From Octopus vulgaris (taxonomy: Eukaryota): a stretch of 64,000 nt of DNA. Positions 55,258-64,000 of this stretch are shown piece after piece. The translations under genes were made by a program, and so were the position numbers. The notes under the pieces are model-generated. The model ran no database searches. It saw only the letters and a list, made by a program, of their open reading frames with translations, and was not told the origin of the DNA. The first letter of the stretch is position 1. Every line of letters begins with the position of its first letter. The DNA lies in NCBI GenBank assembly GCA_951406725.2, contig OX597814.1, positions 223,448,001 to 223,512,000 of the forward strand, given 5' to 3'.

Positions 55258-55649
55258 GTGTGTTTCGATTAGGCATGTTGAGACTGCTAATCGTGTGTAG
55301 AACTCAGTAAACTTATATATCAGAACGAAGTGAGAACCGAGTATAGAGTGGTAATAAGAAAGAGAGATGACAAAGAAATTAATGATTATCATATAAACTT
55401 CATTAGCTTGCAGCAGTTTCTGCTACATGATGCAATGGAATCGTAGCTGAGTGCATGAGTAGCCCCTTATAGCTTCGTCGAAGACTCGATTACGAAGTGC
55501 AATTTATTTCGGGAAGAATTACATTTGTGCCTGTATAGAGAGAACGACATCAACAATGAGAAAGTCAGTATATAAGAAAAGTGTATATCCACGATGTAAT
55601 TAGATCTATTAGTAGAAGTATACATATATATATATATATATATATACAT

Positions 55650-56265
55650 CACTTTTGCCCGACCCCACCTTGAATACTGCTGTCCACTGTGGTCTCCCTA
55701 CACAAAACAAAATATTATGAGAATTGAAGCTCCCCAAAGGTCAATCACAAAAAAGATAGATGGCATGTCAGACCTTGACTACTGGGGTAGACTAGAGAAG
55801 CTGAAATTGTATTCACTCCAAGGACGCCGTGAACGCTACATTATCTGTATGATGTGGAAAATATTCCATCAGCACTGTCCGAATGATGTTGGCATCACCT
55901 TCAAAATGCATCCAAGGCTAGGACCACGTGCCATCCGTCCACAACAAAAATCTAAATCGCATCACATAACGACAATACGGCACAACTATTTCCCCTCAAT
56001 TGGACCCGCTCTCTTCAACATTACACCAGGACACGTCAAAAAAGAAACTGACCACACAAAATTCAAGAAGTCTTTGGACAAATTCCTTCAAACAGTACCG
56101 GACAAACCACCCACACCCGGATATGCCTCCGCAAACAATAACTCTCTGCTCGAATGGGCCTTGGTGCCCAAATCCTGAACTGAAAGACTTCGCCAGGTGG
56201 TGCTATTAAGTTAGACATGGCCTGGGCCAATACTGGCCAAAACCTTTCTAAGTTATTCTAAGTTA
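55650..56265 (+). mobile_element. 5'-truncated CR1/L2-group LINE 3' end
   Basis: TFARPHLEYCCPLWSPY...IEAPQRSITKKI...YWGRLEKLKLYSLQGRRER...KFKKSLDKFL; short 3' UTR ending in (TTCTAAGTTA)x2. Confidence 0.85.
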
Positions 56266-56465
56266 TATTTACGTATGTATATGTATATGATATAGATAGA
56301 TAGATATTTTTATTATCCATTCACATACGACTGAAGCCCAAACGCAAACCTGAAGTACGTATAATACTATTACTAGATAGCACAGTGTGAAAGCTGAAAG
56401 TGGAAGAGCTTTATATTGTATTCTTGTACGCTCTTAACAGAGCATACCATAACTATATATATATA

Positions 56466-56859
56466 CTAGCAGTATCGCCCGGCGTTGCTCGGGTTTGTAA
56501 GGGAAATAACTATATAAGCATTTTAGAGATGTAAAGTATAATAGCCATCTCAATATGGCTAACCACAAAGGGGGGGGGGTTACTGTAGCTTTTTACGTTC
56601 TGAGATTTAATAATACATTTTTAGAAAGTTACTTCCCTTATATATGCCAAAAATGCATTAAAAATGGGAAAAATTGATGGTAAATTATTTTTTAAAATCG
56701 TAGACTCATCGTAGTCGCGCGCTAATAACCAGAAGTGCTCGATATGAATCACGACTATAAGATACCCGGTTTTGGTTAAACTGCACCGCAAAATGTGGGA
56801 GTAGTTAGGAATCTAAATCGTAGAAGACAGACAACACACAATCTCTCTTTTATATATGA

Positions 56860-56862
<3 letters not shown>
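56466..56862 (-). mobile_element. Complete non-autonomous Helitron (397 bp)
   Basis: Minus strand: A|TC start, 3' hairpin CCCG-AGCAACGC-CGGG, CTAG|T end; inserted in a TA tract. Confidence 0.85.
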
Positions 56863-56907
<45 letters not shown>

Positions 56908-57112
56908 TGAAATAGAAAGATGAATAATCTTGTTGCAGATTAATCAAAAGTTTAACCGATACCTTGGTAGCAAAAATCACAGCAGAAGACAGCACGGTTG
57001 GAGGTACAACCATATTGTGTTGCAACCGTGCGTTGGTGCGGATAATTGGATTTTAATATTATTAGTGAATTGAAGAAATGGAGTTGAACGAAGATTGAAC
57101 AGAAATCGTTTT

Positions 57113-57203
57113 ATTTCATTCTACACGTGTTTCGAAAGGCACAATTTACCAAATTCCGATTGAATAATGAGACTATATTGTGTCTTTCTCTTCAGGAAGA
57201 AAT
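57113..57203 (-). ncRNA. Type I hammerhead ribozyme, intact core, long stem II
   Basis: Minus strand: AUUUCUUC-CUGAAGA-GAAAGACACAAU...AUUGUGCCUUUC-GAAAC-ACGU-GUA-GAAUGAAAU. Palindromic stem III ACACGUGU. Confidence 0.8.
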
Positions 57204-57572
57204 AGGAAATCCGTTGGAAAAAACAAAAACAGAACAGAGGCGGAGCAAAACAAATCGAACTAGGCTCCTAAACGGCAGCAAAGAAAGACCTTATCACTGG
57301 GGAGATTTGCAACGCTGTGAGATACAATCTAGTTCCTCGCAATGTTACAAATCTCTCAAATTGTATTTTATATTAAATGTTACATGAAATATTTCTTTTA
57401 GTCTTATCCTTTCTCATGCAAATTTTGTTGTTGACCTGAGCTAGAATTTCTTGTAATACTTTGAAAACTTTCGTGAAGATTTTTCGATTTAGATGTATTT
57501 AGATATGCAGTGTTGAGTTCACGGATGTCTTATAATTCATATATATGTGTGTATGTGTGTGCATTATACATG

Positions 57573-58808
57573 CAGGGTGCGGGAGGTGTTTGAGGATAGA
57601 TGTGGTACTTTGATAAAACAAATCTAATCAAGCAAAAGCCATATGCATTTTAATAAAACTTTGAGCACATTTTCTAGATAAGCTTGCTTATGTGGTTCCT
57701 CTATAAATCCGCCTTCAGCTTCGGGAACTAATCCAATGCGGGATCGGGATCGGAATCGTTGACAAACCTACAGTAAATAATCCTTATTCATTTTGGACCT
57801 TATCTGGATAATGGAAGCCTCCAGCGAAGCTATGGTATACTGAGGATATTAATTAGTCTCCCTTTCAACAACGCCACGAACGTAGTAGTTAATGGAATAC
57901 AAATCTGGCGAGTTTAAAGGTCGCAAGTACGGTGCGACATGATTGTAAAGATTGTCTGACATCCTTATATTGGTTGCGTGGGTTTTGTGAGGAGGTGAAA
58001 AGTCTTGTAAACAGATATGACTTTTCACTCCTCACGTCATCTATCCACGGTTTCGTGTCTATATCGAGTACCTCAGCGTATCAAACAGCATTAATTTTAA
58101 GATCTTGCGGAAAGATGTGAGGTAGCATGATTCGACATTCTTGACTCATCATTCATAAAACTATCACAATTGCTGGAAATTTAGTGTGCATCATCACACT
58201 GGGGACATCAGAAGGATCTGCCCGTGAACATTTCTCATTTCTTCTGTTAGACCTTTGGTTTTTGTCGAAGGTTTTCTTAACAGAGAAGAACTAAAATGTG
58301 CCATGATCCTGTGGGTCAATAACCTTGTTACGTAACCGCTAGATACGGATGAAACAGTTTTCTCCTATCTTTCCAAAGAGGAATAGACCTCTCAGTATAT
58401 TTGTCTGGTACCGTATGTCGTCGTGCAATGTAGTTCTCATAGTCCATTCCAATACTTGAAGTTCGATAGCCTTTTTTCATTTCGTGGGATCATCGTCGGT
58501 TGTATTTGGAAACCCTTGGGTAAATTGCTTTGTATTTAGTGCTCAAACGTTTAGAAAATTATTTCTTTGATGCAGTTGAAATATTTCCACCAGAGGCTCC
58601 CATTGTCTACGAAAGATCTTGCGACATATAATAAGTTGCCAATTTCTAAATCGCTGTATTCGGTACGTATGGCATCACTGGCTACAAATCTTTTTATTCT
58701 TTGTGTTAGCATTTTATCTGCATGGGGATCTGAAAGAAATGAAGCCGTTTTAATTGGTTTCGATATATACTGTCAGTTAAGTATTTTTAAATGTTCCTTG
58801 CATCCTAT
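57573..58808 (-). mobile_element. Full-length decayed maT/DD37D-type Tc1/mariner transposon
   Basis: Minus-strand peptide from ATG at 58712: MLTQRIKR...[16 protein letters not shown]...TLHDDIRY...MHTKFPA...PHIFPQDLKINA...KPWIDDV...NSPDLYSINYYVRGVVERETN...EAEGGFIE. Degenerate CAGGGTGC-like ends. Confidence 0.8.
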
Positions 58809-58819
58809 TTGCATTTATG

Positions 58820-58937
<118 letters not shown>

Positions 58938-58972
58938 TTCTATTCATATATACATGTATGTACATATATATG

Positions 58973-59008
<36 letters not shown>

Positions 59009-60788
59009 ACCTTCTAGTCGTAGAAAGTGCCTATTATCTCACGACAACAAAACGGAGAGATATTTTCCAAAGCTTACGTCTTGGAAATTCTTTAGCAAAT
59101 TATTGTGCAACTTTACGGCGCCAATTAGTAGTAACAAATACTGAGATAAACTTCTATTTTGTCAATTTCGTATGCAAATTGCTTGAGGGACTAATTAATG
59201 CTGCCTTGTTTCTTTATTATACAGATGCTGCACTCATACTTGAAAACCAAATTTCATACATACAGGCATATACCAACTTCTTTATACACACACACACATA
59301 CATACACACGTATACAAATAAAGAGGGACACATATTCTGTATTCGCATACATATATCTACACGCACACTCTCACACACACACGCATATAGCTTTGTTCCT
59401 GTGTTGGTCCTATAAATGGATGTACTTATACTAAACATAAGCAATGCTAATTACATTCTTAAGAAATTTTAATGATTGCAGCTAATTTAGCTGAAACTTA
59501 ATTATATGTATTTGCTTTCAATATCTTTGCATGCAAATACGCTGGAAGACTGCAGCTAGCTTCCGCAGTTGATTTATGCACGAGCTTCGGTAGTGTATTC
59601 AATATATATCGATTATCTTTACTCTGTGTTCTTTATGCTTCTGTCTTCCTCCTGCTTCTAACTTACTCCCTTGTATTAATGAGAATATATTATGTTTTTT
59701 CTTTAACATTTGATTTTGACCCGAAACACGTTGAATTCCTTTGCAAGTTATTCATATTTTAAAAAGCCATGTCATTCCATATTCCCAATAGCGGTAGCAC
59801 GAAGTCTTCCAACATATATATTCCCGTGCACAATATGAATTATTTTCTGCATTCGGAAGAAAAACAATCCTTGCAAATAATACACACAAAAATGTATTTA
59901 CAATCACTTTGTTATTAACAAATAGCAATTTACGGAAGATGTTTGTACGGAGCATGTATCATTAAGAATTTATTAACGTGACGTGTATTTGACTGATTAT
60001 GACGATTATAACCATTATTAGTTTATTGTTAAATAATATATATTATTAACTCTTTTTTAGTGCGACGAGGTGCAAATATATACACTTAAAGTAGATGTTT
60101 TTGTTGTTGTTACTATTGATGTAGTTATTATTATTACTGTTGTTGCTGTTTTTAATATAGTCAAGTTCGATTGAACAAATCCATTAGCAGAATAATTCCA
60201 GCTGCATTTATCCTTTCTATTCAAGAGCCTTCAGGACCAGATGTATTTTCTCCAGTAAGGTATAATTTTAGGGGATTTTGGCTACTATTTGGATTTCGTT
60301 GCAGATGTTATGCAACAAGAGAAATTACAGCTTTGAACTATTGTCCAATTTATCCCTTCTTGCTTTCGTCTTTTTTCCAGAACCGACGTAGCAGATGTCA
60401 CAATACGTTTATTTATGCATATTTCTATGTATGTGTGTATACATGATATTACACGCACACGCACGCACACACACACAAACACATACACACACTCATACAC
60501 AGTATGCTAATCTTCTAGAAAACATATAACTTTATTGCATTCTAAAAGGTATTTGGGAACGCTTCTAGAAACTTCCATGGGAAGTTATACAAGCCTAGTA
60601 TTTTTTCAATTTTAGTTAGTGGATAGCGTGCCTTCCAGAAGCTATACCACTCACTCTCAAATACACTTGTTGTATTTTAACGTTCTTGCTATAATGATAC
60701 AAGACGTTACTTTCCTCCACAATGACCTTTATTAATAAATTTAATGCTTTCGCTACTTTAGTTTCAATGAAAGAAATAGGTAATTTAA

Positions 60789-61038
60789 TGATGTGTCGAC
60801 GCCCCCAAACGATGAAGTAGGCTAGCCCAATACGTAGATATAGAGGGAGAAGTCTAGACGTCGAGGGGTGAGTGGAGGTCATCCGAACCTGCGATATAAC
60901 AGTGGCGACGAGGATGAGATCCACTGTTATATCGCACGTTCGGATGACCTCTACTCAACTCCTCAACATCTAGACTTCTCCCTCTATATCTACGTATTGG
61001 GCTAGCCTACTTCAGCGTCTGGGGGCGTCTGCACAACA
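60789..61038. mobile_element. Palindromic LTR-PBS-inverted-LTR unit with a single 5-bp TSD
   Basis: LTR 60789-60901, G, PBS 60903-60920, CCAC, inverted LTR 60925-61038; TTTAA at 60784-60788 and 61039-61043. Confidence 0.85.
60903..60920 (+). promoter_or_regulatory. Primer-binding site complementary to a tRNA-Ser(GCT)-type 3' end
   Basis: TGGCGACGAGGATGAGAT lies 1 nt after an LTR ending in CA. It is 17/18 identical to the complement of the metazoan tRNA-Ser(GCT) 3' end as I recall it (TGGCGACGAGGATGGGAT). Confidence 0.75.
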
Positions 61039-61668
61039 TTTAATTCTTGTCATTTCTTTGCTAGATAAACTCTTAGACAAAAATTAAGAACTAACTTCCT
61101 GCTATTCGTATGTTTTCTCGCGGCTTTATTGACAAAGGGAGATTACTCCGGTTTATTTATATTTAATTGTAATTAAACGTATCAGTAAAATAACGAGAAT
61201 CAAATGAAACTATCTTCGAAATTGATCTTTTTACATTTCTCCACAAAAATTTATTTGACAATTCTTGTCATTCTACCAACAGCAGGTAGTAAAAGAAATT
61301 AGTTTAATTGAAAGACACATACATGTCACACAACATATTCGGTCAACTTAATTGTATTCATATCTCATGGATACATCATTAAAGCAGAGAATATATATGA
61401 AGACAACAAAATAGATGCCGAATGACATAACAAAATATGTCGATGTAAGCGCGTATTAATTGGGGTTTTTTTTATTTTTTGTTTTATCGTGTCCTATTCG
61501 TGTGTCTCTTCTCTTCGTCTGCCACAAATTGCCATATGTTCTCATAATGTCATATGTCATTCGTTGTACAGTAACTTATATTGCCCTTATCGTATCCTCC
61601 TTCAATCCCTCACTCTCATACACACACACACATTTTCTTTCGCTCTCTTAACCTCTCTCTTTCTCTTA

Positions 61669-61699
<31 letters not shown>

Positions 61700-61821
61700 A
61701 CTCACACATACACATAAAGCAAAAATCTGACGACCAGTTTTTAACAATAATATAAAATAAGATAGTTAATGTACAGATAAAATCTGGAATGTAGATTTTC
61801 AAGAAGAAGAAGAAAAAAGAA

Positions 61822-61855
<34 letters not shown>

Positions 61856-62099
61856 AAATCAATTACCTCGACCATTGACATCTTGAAATAAAACGTGATG
61901 GAAGAATAGAATTAAAATGGCGACGGAATGATAAAGTTTCATAAATTGTTTGGTTGGATGTCACGCTCGCAAGTAGCTTAATCTGTAAATACTTTTATTC
62001 TTTTGAACATAAATATTAAAACTGCTTCCCTACCATTCCTTAATGCTACAACACAAAATTGATCTGCAGACTGATAATGATGTTCATTTTTATTATATA

Positions 62100-62375
62100 T
62101 ATTTATTTATTTTTCAAATAAATTTTCTCTCTTTTAATATTAATCCTAATCTTTCTTAGAATAGAACGGAAGATTCCCTTTAACATAATTTTTCTCTACA
62201 CTTCTTGTATGTTCTTCATTCTTGAAAGTCTTTATGCGTCCATTATCGAATATTTTAGAAGATATACTTTTATCCGTCTTCTTACTCGTGGGAAAATTAA
62301 ATGATATCAAACAAATAGTAATTTTAGAAATATGTTTAAAACCAGTCATCATATTTAAAGAAATATCATTAACCA
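62100..62375 (-). mobile_element. Possible decayed Penelope-like fragment
   Basis: VNDISLNMMTGFKH...SISSKIFDNG...NLPFY loosely follows the motif order of 23950-24490. Confidence 0.3.
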
Positions 62376-62411
62376 TATTTATCATTGTTATTATTATCAT
62401 CATCATTTTTG

Positions 62412-62580
62412 CGAGCGGGTAGAATCGTCACCAGCCCTGGCAAAATTCTGCCGATGTCTATTTTCCTTTTCACCCTTTCGCTGGATCGATAAGTTCAGTA
62501 CCAGTGGAACACTGAGGTCGATGCAATCACCTGGTCCTACTCACCCAAAATTTCAGCTCTTGTGCTTTTAGTAGAAATGA
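62412..62580 (+). mobile_element. Decayed SINE family B
   Basis: CTGCCGATGTCTATTTTCCTTTTCACCCTTTCGCTGGATCGATAAGTTCAGTACCAG. Confidence 0.6.
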
Positions 62581-62583
62581 TTA

Positions 62584-62615
<32 letters not shown>

Positions 62616-62687
62616 GTTATTGTTGTTGTTGTTGTTGTTGTTGTTATTATTATTATTTTATTATTATTATTATTATTATCATTATTA

Positions 62688-62746
<59 letters not shown>

Positions 62747-62766
62747 TTATTATTATTATTATTATT
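62580..62766. repeat. (ATT)n/(GTT)n microsatellite
   Basis: Direct reading. Confidence 0.95.
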
Positions 62767-62768
62767 AA

Positions 62769-63328
62769 GCGCGTCAAGTGAAGTCCAATATCAAGACAAT
62801 GCTGACTTGTTTCATAGATGCGAAGGGAACTGTCCACGCAGAATTTGTTCCTCCTGGTCAAACTGTTAAGCAGACATTTTACTTGGCAGTTCTGAATCTT
62901 TTGCGAGACGCAGTGAGACGAAAACGTCCCGACCTGGGGTAAAATGGAGGTTTCATCACGACAATGCGTCTGCGCACACCGCCGCCTTGGGTGTGAGAGC
63001 TTTTGCCCAAAAATGGCATGACTCCGCTTACCCACCCACCCTACTCGCCCGATCTTGCTCCCTGCGATTTTCTTTTCTTCTTTTTTACTCCTCTGAATGA
63101 AAAAATGTTTTTAAAGAAAAAACTTTTGAAGATGTGGAAGTGGTGAAGAGAAAAGACGACGGCGACGATAAAGGCCTCGTTTTACAAGATTTCCAGGACT
63201 GCTTCGAAAACGCGTCTGGACCGCTGCATTGCTTCAAAGGCAGAATATTTTGAAGGAAATAAAGATGTAAACGTATAAAACTAAGTGAACAAAATAATAT
63301 TGCAAAATTCCAGGTTTTGTTAGAGCAC
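62769..63328 (+). mobile_element. Mariner transposase 3' half (pseudogene)
   Basis: KTMLTCFIDAKGTVHAEFVPPGQTVKQTFYLAVL...RRKRPDL; HHDNASAHTA; HPPYSPDLAPCDF; RLDRCIASKAEYFEG. Confidence 0.9.
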
Positions 63329-63766
63329 CTAATTAGATGATGCATAAAGCAGAGTTCTTATGGAAGTTAATTGTTACATCTGTAAGAAGTTAATTCTTGC
63401 TCGTACAGATATCTTGTTGATATCTGTGATTTTAACACCATATCGTATACTAAATAAGGTCTTCTCTGTCGCTCTATCACAAAAACACACTCCCGTAGGA
63501 AGTGAATATGGTCAATGAAATAGATTATTAAACTCAAACAATCAACCTCGGTAAAGTCATCTCATGCTAGATGGTTTGAATATAGCACATAGAAGTTTCT
63601 CACCTTGTTTAACTAATAATAACCGTCATAAATATCGCGTATCATATAAATAACATTTTATACCATTACAGTTCATTTAAAGCATTAAGAACAGCGTCAA
63701 CACATACATTCAAAAGACTATATATATAAAGAGAGAGTGAGATAGAGAGAGAGAGAGAGAAATAGT

Positions 63767-63935
<169 letters not shown>

Positions 63936-64000
63936 GGATAGATAGGTGGATAGATAACTTTCTTTTATTAGCCACACAGGGCTGAATACAGAGGGGACAA

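Overview
AT-rich, microsatellite-saturated eukaryotic (animal) DNA. The SINE families and repeat landscape look like an octopus or other cephalopod genome; this is recognised from memory, not searched. I find no intact host protein-coding gene, and most ORFs in the track are translations of (TA)n, (TATG)n, (GATA)n or trinucleotide arrays. The window is a graveyard of transposable elements: CRE-like and R4/Dong-like RLE non-LTR retrotransposons, three to four Penelope-like (PLE) fragments, a CR1-type LINE 3' end, a Helitron helicase fragment plus non-autonomous Helitrons, mariner and maT (DD37D) transposons, several tRNA-derived SINE families and a short solo LTR. Most notable signals: (1) a 250-bp palindromic unit at 60789-61038 made of LTR + 18-nt tRNA-Ser-type primer-binding site + CCA + inverted LTR, flanked by one 5-bp direct repeat; (2) ten hammerhead-ribozyme-like motifs with mostly palindromic stem III, four with an intact catalytic core and five clustered within 2 kb in distinct modules separated by (TA)n tracts; (3) several long fold-back inverted repeats, including a perfect palindrome with 134-bp arms.
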